A stretch of 64,000 bases of DNA from Candidatus Poribacteria bacterium (lineage in GTDB: Bacteria > Poribacteria > WGA-4E > PCPOR2b). The position numbers and the translations under genes are program-made. A model generated the notes under the pieces. The model worked only from the letters and a program-made list of their open reading frames with translations. It was not told where the DNA came from and did not search any database. The DNA lies in the NCBI GenBank assembly GCA_965215015.1, contig OZ244042.1, positions 3,136,001 through 3,200,000 of the forward strand. The letters run 5' to 3'. Below, one piece after another: positions 51,501 through 60,098 of this stretch; the first letter of the stretch is position 1, and each line of letters opens with the position of its first letter.

Positions 51501-53020
51501 ACTATCGAAATCAAGTAGGGACAGAAACGGTGATTCGAGAGGGGCTGCTTTATACAGGCGATTTGGGATACTTTGATGAGGAGGGTTATCTGTATCTCAC
51601 TGGACGCAGCAAGAATGTAATTGTGTCTGGTGCCGGTAAGAACATCTATCCGGTCGAACTTGAAGCACTCTACCGACATAGCCCCTTGATCTCAGAGATT
51701 TGCGTTGTCGGGATGAGCACAGATAATCTGTTTGAGGCAGCGCACGCTGTCATCGTTCCAGTTCTCGACGATGATCGGGACAGGACTGAAATCGAGAGAG
51801 CCATCCATCAGCATATTCAGGAACGTGCCCAAGATTTGCCGACATATCAGCATATCCAAACAGTGCACTTTTGGGATACTGAATTGCCCAAGACATCGGA
51901 CGCGATAATAAATCGTCAACGTGTTAAAGAGGTATTGCAGGAACAACTCTCTCAACAAACACAGGTCTCTCCACAGCTCGCCCCCGTCAAGGTTACTCTG
52001 GATGCTGATGGAACCGCGGGGGCCTTGACTCCAACAATAGCAGCTGACATGCCTTTGGGGGTTGAGGCGGTTATTATTTCTGAACTCAGTCGTTTGGCAC
52101 AACTGCCGGCGGATCAGATTAGTTTGAACAGTAATTTAGGGACAGAACTCGGGCTGGATTCAATGGCACGGGTGGAATTGTTACTATTGCTAGAATCGAG
52201 GCTGCAACGCTCGATTCCCGATGAGTTGATAGCCAAAATCCAGACGGTTGGCGACGTGACAGAGACAGTCAAAACGTTGCAATCTGAGTCTACCTCCCCT
52301 CCCATTGATGAAGAAATATCCCCCCATATTGAACAGTCTGAATCCTCACATTTGTCTATGATACTTGCAGGGCTATTCCGATTCGGTGTGTGGGCGATCT
52401 ATCGGTGTTACTTCTCGATTAAGTGCAGTGGACTGGAAAACCTTCCGCGTGAACAACCGTATATCATCGCCGCTAATCATTCAAGCCACCTCGACACCCT
52501 CGCGGTCATGACCGTTTTGGGTAACGAATCCAAACGCCTGAGAGTTCTCGCTGCAAAAGACTACTGGTTTAGCACCCGCTTCAAATCATGGTTCTCCGGC
52601 GAATTGCTTAAATTCGTGCCGTTCGATCGGCACGCCAACTTCTTACAGGGGCTCCGAATTTCGCAGGAGGTGCTGAAACAGAACGATTGCTTGCTAATTT
52701 ACCCCGAAGGTACCCGCTCTGTCACAGGGGAGCTTCAACCGTTCAAGCCCGGTCTCGGCTTGTTGGCTTATGAGACCGGATCTCCGATTATTCCTGCTTA
52801 TATTGACGGCACTTACCGTGCGCTTCCTAAAGGCAAAAACCTACCGAGCAAGAGCCGTATTCGAGTGACTTTTGGCAAACCCATCATGCCTGGCAGACAT
52901 GAAATAGGGAAGACAGACGATACTTCAGGGCTGGAGCAGGAAATTTACAGAAAACTTGCCGACGCCGTCAGGTCTGAGATTGAAGCATTAAGAGCGGATT
53001 GCGTGAAACGTGAAACGTGA
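48557..53020 (+). CDS. ElbD-like multidomain lipid enzyme: fatty acyl-CoA reductase, adenylation domain, ACP, PlsC-type acyltransferase
   Basis: AGATGFLG, HVSTAYV, YTYMK, DIIPVD, IDWRRY (FAR). LPLYH, QGYGMTE, TGDLG, GRSKNVI (ANL). LGLDSM (ACP, Ser codon at 52160). NHSSHLD and YPEGTRS (acyltransferase). Confidence 0.88.
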   Translation: MQTIPEFFYGKVILIAGATGFLGQALVAKILTALPDVRRIYLLIRSQSGANGEKRTAIDRLENEVFTSSAFAKLRQIHGERFAGWIREKVCAVEGDLAYERLGLSDAAYEMLQREVQVFINSGGLVKFDPPIDASLQSNVLGSKYAVELARSCNDAVFLHVSTAYVRGVQPGKVPEELHPPYETYAEQYQAEKGEVIPGTLDAEIEDIQRLGEQVREEANQPERLDQFRREVLRNLGADTGEKLNKQIDIARGKWVEQRLTDEGLKRAHTRGWNDTYTYMKALGEQMIAKMRGDLPTAIIRQSIMESSLEDPEPGWLGGTLRMADPLIVGFGKGRLPDFPGDPNSILDIIPVDFVINAILAATVRTYYQQGIEVYHVASGARNPLTFGDIVDITHDYFVRQPLLANGKPIPVPVWKFPAEAKFQSDLRYKLRLLDTASRWLNRLPLRWAKRKERRIAVKKNAIKTLLHYVQIYGPYVRLSFEFEIGKTEELYDSLSPSDQQHFNFDISRIDWRRYLQEIHIPGIKRHFLKLGDDSGNQRISEPTPDRIDELSADTSEIPEMDKQAHNESGEQPIKLTRQDRDSKPLESQTMIDLVAQQAESIPDKIALQTKRGGEWVRYSYRQLYEVSRQVAFTLWKRGYRKSDRVILFAENQPEWGIAYLAAVQIGVIVVPIDPQTAEEEIFALAEYTEAKAILTSEACVARLHSTPIKPRAESTSPEFLNINRFCQPFGGEQPETSVPTDWGLPAVPDNFPDMDIHPDTVASIIFTMGTTVDARGAMISHRGFIANVVAVSQVLPPEDTDQFLSVLPLYHALGFSCNFLMSIYAGTTTTYTNSLRPTTILAIMRETKTTVLIGVPRLFQLLYDAIKRYVVQSPEAMEAPLAPEVVQEIQAALGGHIRVLVSGGAALPDEVYDRFMEFGLTIYQGYGMTEASPVLSVNPHHKSKRGAVGPAVEGVQLEITNPDEDGIGEIVASSPSLMQGYYRNQVGTETVIREGLLYTGDLGYFDEEGYLYLTGRSKNVIVSGAGKNIYPVELEALYRHSPLISEICVVGMSTDNLFEAAHAVIVPVLDDDRDRTEIERAIHQHIQERAQDLPTYQHIQTVHFWDTELPKTSDAIINRQRVKEVLQEQLSQQTQVSPQLAPVKVTLDADGTAGALTPTIAADMPLGVEAVIISELSRLAQLPADQISLNSNLGTELGLDSMARVELLLLLESRLQRSIPDELIAKIQTVGDVTETVKTLQSESTSPPIDEEISPHIEQSESSHLSMILAGLFRFGVWAIYRCYFSIKCSGLENLPREQPYIIAANHSSHLDTLAVMTVLGNESKRLRVLAAKDYWFSTRFKSWFSGELLKFVPFDRHANFLQGLRISQEVLKQNDCLLIYPEGTRSVTGELQPFKPGLGLLAYETGSPIIPAYIDGTYRALPKGKNLPSKSRIRVTFGKPIMPGRHEIGKTDDTSGLEQEIYRKLADAVRSEIEALRADCVKRET

Positions 53021-53031
53021 GAAAGCCCATC

Positions 53032-53093
53032 ACAGAGACGCGGAGTCGCAGAGATTTTTTAATGGGCTCTCTGTGCGCTCTGCGTCTCTACGG
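53032..53093. repeat. Imperfect inverted repeat (CACAGAGACGCGGAG...CTCTGCGTCTCTACGG)
   Basis: Long hairpin between the ElbD-like gene and the HAD gene. Confidence 0.6.
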
Positions 53094-53120
53094 TAAAACA
53101 GAACGAGCAGGCGAGCAGAA

Positions 53121-53813
53121 TTGAACACAGTGAAAAGAAAAAAAACAGCAGCCTTCTTCGATGTTGATGGCACCATCGTGAGCACGACTATTGTCCACTA
53201 TTACGTCCAATTTCGTTCCCACCTGCTTCCTACCTTTCTACGTCCCTTCTGGCTTGCTTGGTTTGCGTTGAAAGTTGTCTACTACTTTTTTCTAGATAAA
53301 GTGAGTCGCACAAGATTCAACCAAGTTTTCTATCGTAACTATCGAGGGTTGGAAGCGGGGCGCGTCAAACAGCTTGCTGGTGAACAGTTCGAGATTTATG
53401 TGCGTTCAAAGTTATTCCCCGCTGCTTTAGACCGTATTCGTGAACACCAAGGACGGGGCGATCTGATTGTGCTTGTGACTGGCTCTCTCGATTTTATTAT
53501 CCACCCTCTCGCTGATTACCTACAAGCGGACGCTGCGTTGACTGTGCAACTTGAGGAGGCACACGGAAAATTTACGGGGGAATTGACAACACCGCCGCTG
53601 AGCGAAACGGAAAAGGTTCACGCGATCCAAACTGTCGTCGAACAGCATAACGTTGATCTCGCTGCCAGCTATGCCTATGGCGATAGCCGAGCGGATTTGC
53701 CTATGCTACAATGTGTTGGTAACCCCGTTGTCGTCAATCCAAGCAAAGGGTTGCGGCAGGTTGCAATAGAATCGGGGTGGGAAATTAGTGAGTGGACTAT
53801 TGGCGGCAAATAG
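53121..53813 (+). CDS. HAD-superfamily subfamily IB hydrolase (SerB/PGP phosphatase-like)
   Basis: FFDVDGT, LVTGS, K, YAYGDSRADLPML, VVNP. Confidence 0.9.
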   Translation: MNTVKRKKTAAFFDVDGTIVSTTIVHYYVQFRSHLLPTFLRPFWLAWFALKVVYYFFLDKVSRTRFNQVFYRNYRGLEAGRVKQLAGEQFEIYVRSKLFPAALDRIREHQGRGDLIVLVTGSLDFIIHPLADYLQADAALTVQLEEAHGKFTGELTTPPLSETEKVHAIQTVVEQHNVDLAASYAYGDSRADLPMLQCVGNPVVVNPSKGLRQVAIESGWEISEWTIGGK

Positions 53814-53919
53814 GAGTAGATGATAAGAGGAAAACGAGAGCACAGAAGAAAAAGAAGGCGTGCAAAGATAAAAGCGTGTAATCGTCTCTTATCTTTTCTC
53901 ACTTTCTCAGGAGAAAATT

Positions 53920-54129
53920 ATGAAGGTCAATCGCTATTTTGAATCACACCACGAACCGAATGATACTATGTTTGTCGAAATCGACAACCGATACCGGTTT
54001 ACCGGGCGCGGCACTGATTGGGGAAAATTCCGTGCCCACCTGATCACGGTTATCAAGGATACCATCTCCGATGAAGTTGCTGAGGAATTTGAGCAAAACA
54101 CGGAAAATTGGGTATCCGCTAGTGGCTAA
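53920..54129 (+). CDS. Small hypothetical protein (69 aa)
   Basis: AGGAG RBS upstream, globular-looking composition, co-oriented with its neighbours. Confidence 0.65.
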   Translation: MKVNRYFESHHEPNDTMFVEIDNRYRFTGRGTDWGKFRAHLITVIKDTISDEVAEEFEQNTENWVSASG

Positions 54130-54147
54130 GATCTGAGGGGGCCCCCA

Positions 54148-55179
54148 GTGGACCAGATTTTCATATTCGACAGAGCGAAGATTGGGACGGAGTTGAATCG
54201 GTTTGTTGATTATGCTCAAACATTGACAGGGCCGAAGGAGCTTTCAACAGCGATCCAAGCGTGGGATACCATTGCGTCTGTCGCGGTTGCGCCGGTGCTT
54301 CTCGCGCAGACAAATTTGTCACTGGGGCGGATCTATAGGGAGTGGGATGAACTGTTTACTGCCCAAAGGTTCCTTACGAAGGCACACGAAGTAGATCCTG
54401 CCGATCCAGCAATCAGGTCCGAATTAGAGTCTCTCAATCACCATATCGCTGACAATCAAACGTCGGTTTTTGATGAAAGGGCGCGAAAAAACAGCGATTC
54501 AATCGTCTCACTTTTCCGAATTGCAACGGGGCTCAAGCTGCTTCAGATGGACAAGCCGGTACAAGCGTATCCTCTGATGAAGAGCCGTACCAAAATTTAC
54601 CCGAATGCGGCGGTAGCCAAGCACCTCCTTACAGGCATTATTATTACAGAAGATGAAAAAAATTCGGCGATCGAGTTTTTGGAAGCGGGGGAATGGTTGA
54701 CGAATACGCAGCACGAAGTGTACGCAATCACCGATCTCGGATTATATGCGTTTTATACGGAGTTGGCGAAACTGCATGTCGCCAATGAGGCGTATGACGA
54801 AGCAGCTGTATGTTATAAACAGGCGTATTGGCTCGATGATTCGTCAACGGATCTGTTGTATCACAAGCTGATTTGTGCCGCGAAGGCTCAGACGTGGCAG
54901 ATTGGGCTCGCACTTCTCGATTGGCTGCCCGATGAACTGCCGAACGGGATTGAGCCGGTAGAATACAATAGTGCCGCTGCGACAATCTGTGGGCTTGCCT
55001 ATCAAGCGACACAGGATACGGCGATTGGACAACGCGCCGTTGCAATATGCGAAACTGTCTTAGAGGCCGACAGAAGGAATAAGGAGATATCGAACCTGCT
55101 CAAATCCCTACGCTCCGAAAAATCCCTCCAACCCCACTTACCGGAAGCCAAGTTTAAAAGAAGATGGTGGCAACGGTAA
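54148..55179 (+). CDS. TPR-repeat protein
   Basis: LGRIY..W....A..FL.KA.E.DP and LAKLH...EAYDEAA.CYKQA..LD helical pairs. Confidence 0.65.
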   Translation: MDQIFIFDRAKIGTELNRFVDYAQTLTGPKELSTAIQAWDTIASVAVAPVLLAQTNLSLGRIYREWDELFTAQRFLTKAHEVDPADPAIRSELESLNHHIADNQTSVFDERARKNSDSIVSLFRIATGLKLLQMDKPVQAYPLMKSRTKIYPNAAVAKHLLTGIIITEDEKNSAIEFLEAGEWLTNTQHEVYAITDLGLYAFYTELAKLHVANEAYDEAAVCYKQAYWLDDSSTDLLYHKLICAAKAQTWQIGLALLDWLPDELPNGIEPVEYNSAAATICGLAYQATQDTAIGQRAVAICETVLEADRRNKEISNLLKSLRSEKSLQPHLPEAKFKRRWWQR

Positions 55180-55194
55180 ACGCTGCAGCCCCAT

Positions 55195-57591
55195 TCAACT
55201 ACGCAATGTTGCCCCTAACTCCCGTTCTAACCGTTCTAAAACCCTCCCGTGAACCCGATCGACAGTTTCATCCGTGAGCGTTTCCGCTGTCGAACGATAT
55301 TCAATTGCAAATGCCAAACTTTTCTTTCCTTCGGGGACCTGTTCGCCTGTGTAGACATCGAACAGGTGCAACGAAGAGACTAACTCGCCGCCGGCAGATT
55401 TAATGATTTGGGTCGGGCGGCTGGCCGGTGTATCCGCATCTAGCACAATGGCAAGATCCCGATTGACACTGGGGTAAATTGGGATGGTCTCGAATTGTCT
55501 CATTGGTTCTACCCCGTTGAGCAATCCTTCACAATCGAGTTCAAACAGATACGCCTTGTGAGGTAGGTCATAATTTTCCAGTACCTCCGGATGGGCTTCA
55601 CCGAAGACGCATAGCGTTTTATCTTCAACGCAAATTTCCGCCCGGCGTCCGGGATGGAAAGCTGGGTGGTCGGTGTGGACGATGGTGTAGTCTGAGATGC
55701 CGCATCGGTCTAGCAGGCCTTCGATAACTCCTTTGATGTCGAAGAAATCTGCTGGACGGAGCGGATCGCCGTATACACCTCCACCGAGATTACCCGCTAT
55801 GATGCCCGCGACACGCTCAGGTTCATTTGGATATTCCCCCATTTCGTTTGAAATAAAGACCTTGCTGTACTCAAAGAATTGCACATCGTTAATCTGATGG
55901 TTCCGGTTGCGTTGTGCATTTGCCAGTAAGCTAGGAAGCAGGGTTGTTCGCATGATCGACTGATCCTTGCTCAATGGATTAGCAATTTGAACCGCTTGGC
56001 GGAGTGGATCGGTTGACGCGAGACGGATGCGATCAAAAACGTCCGGTTGATAGAATGCGTAATTCATCGCTTCCATCATGCCACATTGTAGGAGATACGT
56101 TTTTACACGCTCACGCAGATTTTCCTTCGGGTCGACCTTTGGAATCGGGATGTCGCCCCTCGGCAGCGTGGTTGGGATGTTGTCGAAGCCGTAAACACGC
56201 GCAATCTCTTCGACCAAATCGATTTCCTGTCTTACATCAGAGCGGAAGGTGGGGATTGTAACCTCAAACGTATCAGACACGATAAAACCAAGGCGAGTCA
56301 GGATGTCGCGCATCTGATCTGCTGCAATTTCGGTTCCCAAAACAAAGTTGGCACGCTCTGGACGGAGTTTGATATTGATAGCTTCTCGCTTACCCGGATA
56401 GACATCAATAATTCCCGCGCAGATCTCTCCTCCGGCAATTTCCGCGATGAGTTGTGCTGCACGGTTGATAGCTGGAATAACGCCTTCGGGGTCTGCGCCA
56501 CGTTCAAATCGGTGAGAGGCTTCGCTGTGCATTCCCAAAGCCTTTGACGTTTTCCGAATGCTTGGCGGATAGAAGTATGCACTTTCAAGCAGCACATCAA
56601 CCGTCTGATCGGTAATCTCCGAATCGAATCCACCCATCACACCAGCCAAGGCAACCGGGGTCTCTGCATCGGCAATGACAAGCATATCGGGCGTCAACTC
56701 TCGTTCCTCTGCATCAATCGTCTTCAGCGTCTCACCCGGCTCAGCACGGCGGACAACAATCCTATTCTCAGCCAGTCGATGATAATCAAAAGCGTGTAAG
56801 GGGTGTCCGTATTCCATCAGGACGTAATTGGTAATATCAACGATGTTGTTAATCGTTCCGATGCTGAGGGCTTCAAGCCGACGCTGTAGCCAAGCGGGAG
56901 AAGGCGCGATTTTGACCCCTCGAATAACTCGCGCTGCGTAACGTGGACAGAGGTCTGGTGCCTCAATCGTTACGCTGGTGAGATTTTGGATATCTGTCGT
57001 TCCTTGTTCGACATTTACTTCGGGCAGCTTGAGTGGATTTCCCGTGGTTACGCTAATTTCCCTCGCAACCCCGATTATGCTGAGGCAGTCTGGGCGATTG
57101 GGCGTGATCTCAAGTTCTAGCACGACATCGTCCAACCCGAGAGCTTCGACAAGCGGGCCACCGATTTGTGTGTCGTTGGGGAGTTCCATCAAGCCTGATG
57201 CCTCATCTGAAATCGCCAATTCTAGCTCCGAGCAGAGCATCCCCTGCGATTCCTCACCCCGGATTTTTGCCCGCTTGATTGTCAACCCGTTGGGTAGTTG
57301 TGCACCGATGAGTGCAACAGGTGCAACTAACCCTTCGTGTGCATTTGGGGCACCGCAGACGATTTGTGCGTCAGTGTCTGACCCGATATCAACACTGCAT
57401 AGCACCAATTTGTCTGCCTTCGGGTGATTTTCCACGGTGTTGATTCTGCCAACGACTACCCGATCCAGTCCCTCTCCAAGCTGTTTAACTGATTCGATTT
57501 CCATACCGAGCATAAGCAGACGCTCTGCTAGAGCTTCGGGGGACAGATCGAAATCAACATATTCTTTTAACCAGTTGATGCTTACGTTCAT
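55195..57591 (-). CDS. pheT: Phenylalanine--tRNA ligase beta subunit
   Basis: QIVCGAPN, ITPNRPDC, RFERG, DLVEEIARVYG, LFDVYTG, KSLAF. Confidence 0.98.
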   Translation of the reverse strand: MNVSINWLKEYVDFDLSPEALAERLLMLGMEIESVKQLGEGLDRVVVGRINTVENHPKADKLVLCSVDIGSDTDAQIVCGAPNAHEGLVAPVALIGAQLPNGLTIKRAKIRGEESQGMLCSELELAISDEASGLMELPNDTQIGGPLVEALGLDDVVLELEITPNRPDCLSIIGVAREISVTTGNPLKLPEVNVEQGTTDIQNLTSVTIEAPDLCPRYAARVIRGVKIAPSPAWLQRRLEALSIGTINNIVDITNYVLMEYGHPLHAFDYHRLAENRIVVRRAEPGETLKTIDAEERELTPDMLVIADAETPVALAGVMGGFDSEITDQTVDVLLESAYFYPPSIRKTSKALGMHSEASHRFERGADPEGVIPAINRAAQLIAEIAGGEICAGIIDVYPGKREAINIKLRPERANFVLGTEIAADQMRDILTRLGFIVSDTFEVTIPTFRSDVRQEIDLVEEIARVYGFDNIPTTLPRGDIPIPKVDPKENLRERVKTYLLQCGMMEAMNYAFYQPDVFDRIRLASTDPLRQAVQIANPLSKDQSIMRTTLLPSLLANAQRNRNHQINDVQFFEYSKVFISNEMGEYPNEPERVAGIIAGNLGGGVYGDPLRPADFFDIKGVIEGLLDRCGISDYTIVHTDHPAFHPGRRAEICVEDKTLCVFGEAHPEVLENYDLPHKAYLFELDCEGLLNGVEPMRQFETIPIYPSVNRDLAIVLDADTPASRPTQIIKSAGGELVSSLHLFDVYTGEQVPEGKKSLAFAIEYRSTAETLTDETVDRVHGRVLERLERELGATLRS

Positions 57592-57614
57592 AATTCATTC
57601 TCCTCATATTGGTC

Positions 57615-58631
57615 CTAAAACTGCTGGGCGAACCGCATGTCATTGTCAAACATCAACCGTAGATCTGGGATGCCGTATTTCAGCGTTGCAATTCGATCGA
57701 CTCCCATGCCAAATGCAAAGCCGGTAAACTGCTCCGAATCGTAATTGACATAACGGAAAACGTTTGGATGTACTGAGCCTGCCCCCAAGATTTCAAGCCA
57801 ACCTGTGCCTGAGCAGAGGCGACATCCTCCGCCATGACAAATTGTACAGGAGATATCAACCTCCGCACTTGGCTCTGTGAATGGGAAGAAATGGGGACGG
57901 AAGCGCGTCCGTGTTCCCTCCCCAAACATCTGTTGGACGAAAGCGTATAATACACCTTTCAACTCACTGAAAGTGACCCGCTCGGCAACTAGCAAACCTT
58001 CGACCTGATGAAACATCGGTGTGTGGGAGGGGTCGGAGTCGCAGCGATACGCGCGCCCCGGGACGATAATTCGTATGGGAGGCTTCTGTTTTTCCATGTA
58101 ACGGACTTGAACCGGCGAGGTATGTGTCCGCAACAGTAAGCTATCAGTGATATAAAAGGTATCGTGTGCATCTCGGGCGGGGTGTTCTGCGGGTGTGTTC
58201 AACGCATCAAAATTGTAATATTCATGCTCAACCTCGGGGCCTTCAGCAATCTGGAATCCCATACCCCGGAAGATTTCTTGAATACGATCAAAGGTTTGTG
58301 TCACCGGATGCTTTTTCCCCAGCTGCGGCAGGCGACCGGGCAGCGTAATGTCCACAGCCTCCGCTGCAAGTTGTTGTTCTCGTGCTTGTTGGTTCAGCCT
58401 TTCCTCAACTTGGTCAAAAGCCCCCGTAAGGGTGGTTCGGACTTCGTTTGCAAGTTTACCAACATCTGGGCGCTCTGCTTTGGAAAGTTTACCCATCCCT
58501 CGCATCACCGCGGAGAGCAAACCTTTGCGTCCGAAGTACTTAATCCGTAGAGATTCGAGCTCATGCAAGTCGCCCACTATTTTGAGTTCTGTCAACGCAT
58601 CGGTTTCGATTTGCTTCAATTCTTGCTGCAT
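57615..58631 (-). CDS. pheS: Phenylalanine--tRNA ligase alpha subunit
   Basis: HPAR, LLRTHTSPVQ, FHQVEG, FPFTEPS, GFAFGMG. Confidence 0.98.
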   Translation of the reverse strand: MQQELKQIETDALTELKIVGDLHELESLRIKYFGRKGLLSAVMRGMGKLSKAERPDVGKLANEVRTTLTGAFDQVEERLNQQAREQQLAAEAVDITLPGRLPQLGKKHPVTQTFDRIQEIFRGMGFQIAEGPEVEHEYYNFDALNTPAEHPARDAHDTFYITDSLLLRTHTSPVQVRYMEKQKPPIRIIVPGRAYRCDSDPSHTPMFHQVEGLLVAERVTFSELKGVLYAFVQQMFGEGTRTRFRPHFFPFTEPSAEVDISCTICHGGGCRLCSGTGWLEILGAGSVHPNVFRYVNYDSEQFTGFAFGMGVDRIATLKYGIPDLRLMFDNDMRFAQQF

Positions 58632-58652
58632 GTTTATCTCCTGTAAAATTAG

Positions 58653-58932
58653 AAAAAAAAACGCCTATCATCTCGTCCGAGGGACGAAAGTGACAGGCGT
58701 CAAAACCTTCCGCGGTACCACCCTTATTGGCAAATAATATGATATTTGCCCACTTCATTAATCGTTTCAATAACGGCGAAACTTCCGGCACGAGTCTAAT
58801 TGCCAAAATCGGCGTTCAACTCAGCGGCTCCAGGATGAAATTCGGCGACTCGTTCCAAAGATGCGCTTTCAGCCGGTGACGCCCCTTCTCTGATTGGAAG
58901 CACCGAACCGCTTACTTTGTCCTTTCACAGCC
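58653..58932 (-). ncRNA. T-box riboswitch (Phe specifier) with intrinsic terminator
   Basis: Minus strand, in order: AGTA, CAGAGA bulge, GGCTGAAA distal loop, GAAT-TTC-A specifier (TTC at 58839-58837), CCGTTA F-box, T-box AATAAGGGTGGTACCGCG (58728-58711), terminator stem plus T-run (58700-58653). Confidence 0.93.
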
Positions 58933-58952
58933 TTTACGCAAATTCAATTTTA

Positions 58953-59300
58953 TTAGCCTTTCGCAAGCTCCACAATACGGGCAAATCCCGCCTCATCATG
59001 AACAGCGAGGTCAGCGAGGACCTTGCGATTGAGATCGATGCCCGCTTTTTTTAATCCGTGCATAAAGCGACTGTAAGATAAGCCGTGCATCCGTGCGGCG
59101 GCATTGATACGGGCAATCCACAATTGCCTGAATTCCCGTTTCCGCGCTCGACGGTGAGCATAGGCATAATTCCAACCTTTTTCGACAGCCTCCATCGCGG
59201 ACCGCTTCAGATTATTACGACCACCCCGATAGCCCTTTGAGTGCTTCATAATCCTTTTGCGGCGTTGGCGACGGACACTACCTGTTTTTACTTTTGACAT
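58953..59300 (-). CDS. rplT: 50S ribosomal protein L20
   Basis: [35 protein letters not shown]. Confidence 0.98.
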   Translation of the reverse strand: MSKVKTGSVRRQRRKRIMKHSKGYRGGRNNLKRSAMEAVEKGWNYAYAHRRARKREFRQLWIARINAAARMHGLSYSRFMHGLKKAGIDLNRKVLADLAVHDEAGFARIVELAKG

Positions 59301-59333
59301 TATAATCTCCTAAAAAACGATGTTGACAACCAC

Positions 59334-59528
59334 CTAGTTGGGAAGCAAGCGACGCAGCCGCTTCTCGTTTGTTTCATCCACAAGGGCACTTCTCCTGAGA
59401 TTTCGCTTCTGTTTCGGTGTTTTTGATATAAATAGGTGATTGGAATAAGCCTTGCGTCTGCGAATTTTTCCGTTTCCTGTGAGTTTGAAACGCTTGGCTG
59501 AACCTTTATGTGTTTTTATTTTTGGCAT
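59334..59528 (-). CDS. rpmI: 50S ribosomal protein L35
   Basis: MPKIKTHKGSAKRFKLTG, KRNLR. Confidence 0.98.
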   Translation of the reverse strand: MPKIKTHKGSAKRFKLTGNGKIRRRKAYSNHLFISKTPKQKRNLRRSALVDETNEKRLRRLLPN

Positions 59529-59543
59529 CTGACTGCTGCTCCT

Positions 59544-60098
59544 CTACTTATCTGACTTTGGTGTCAAGACCATGAACATAGAACGGCTCTCCATCCGTGG
59601 AGGCAACTCTATCTCGCCGACATCCGCGACCTCTGCTGCAAACCGTTGCAGCATTTCCGTCCCCAGATCGGTGTGCAACATCTCACGCCCACTGAATCTA
59701 ACCGTTGCTTTGACTTTCCAGCCGTTCGATAAAAATTCGCGGGCATGACGCAGCCTGAATTGAAAGTCGTGATCTGCGGTTCTTACAGATTTGAATTTTA
59801 TCTCTTTTAGAACAACCTTGGCTTGTTTCTTCTTTGCTTCTTTCGCCCGTTTGCTCTTTTCATATTGGAATTTACCGTAGTCCATAATTTTGCAAACCGG
59901 CGGATCTGCGTTTGGAGAAACTTCCACCAAATCAAGTCCTTCTGCCTGCGCTCGGTCTAGTGCTTCATAAACGGGCATGGCACCAAGTTTTTCGTTGTCG
60001 GAAGTAATCAACAGCACCTGTCTTGCCCGAATCTGTCGATTCACCCTGTTTTGTTGCTGTTGCGTTTTCTGCTGGTAACGGCGACCTCTGCTTTGAAT
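59544..60098 (-). CDS. infC: Translation initiation factor IF-3, probable AUU start
   Basis: LDLVEVSP...PPVCKIMDYGK, KEIKF, F.GRE. AAGGGGTG Shine-Dalgarno 6 nt upstream of an in-frame ATT at 60098. Confidence 0.95.
   Translation of the reverse strand: MQSRGRRYQQKTQQQQNRVNRQIRARQVLLITSDNEKLGAMPVYEALDRAQAEGLDLVEVSPNADPPVCKIMDYGKFQYEKSKRAKEAKKKQAKVVLKEIKFKSVRTADHDFQFRLRHAREFLSNGWKVKATVRFSGREMLHTDLGTEMLQRFAAEVADVGEIELPPRMESRSMFMVLTPKSDK

Noticed and set aside
53820-53942. 40-aa Arg/Lys-rich ORF after the HAD gene
   Set aside because: RBS spacing is only 3 nt, and the composition is explained by a purine-rich/pyrimidine-rich hairpin. It also overlaps the next gene.
58561-58806. 81-aa ORF upstream of pheS as a pheM-like leader peptide
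   Set aside because: The region is fully explained by the T-box RNA structure and has no Phe-codon run typical of an attenuator peptide.
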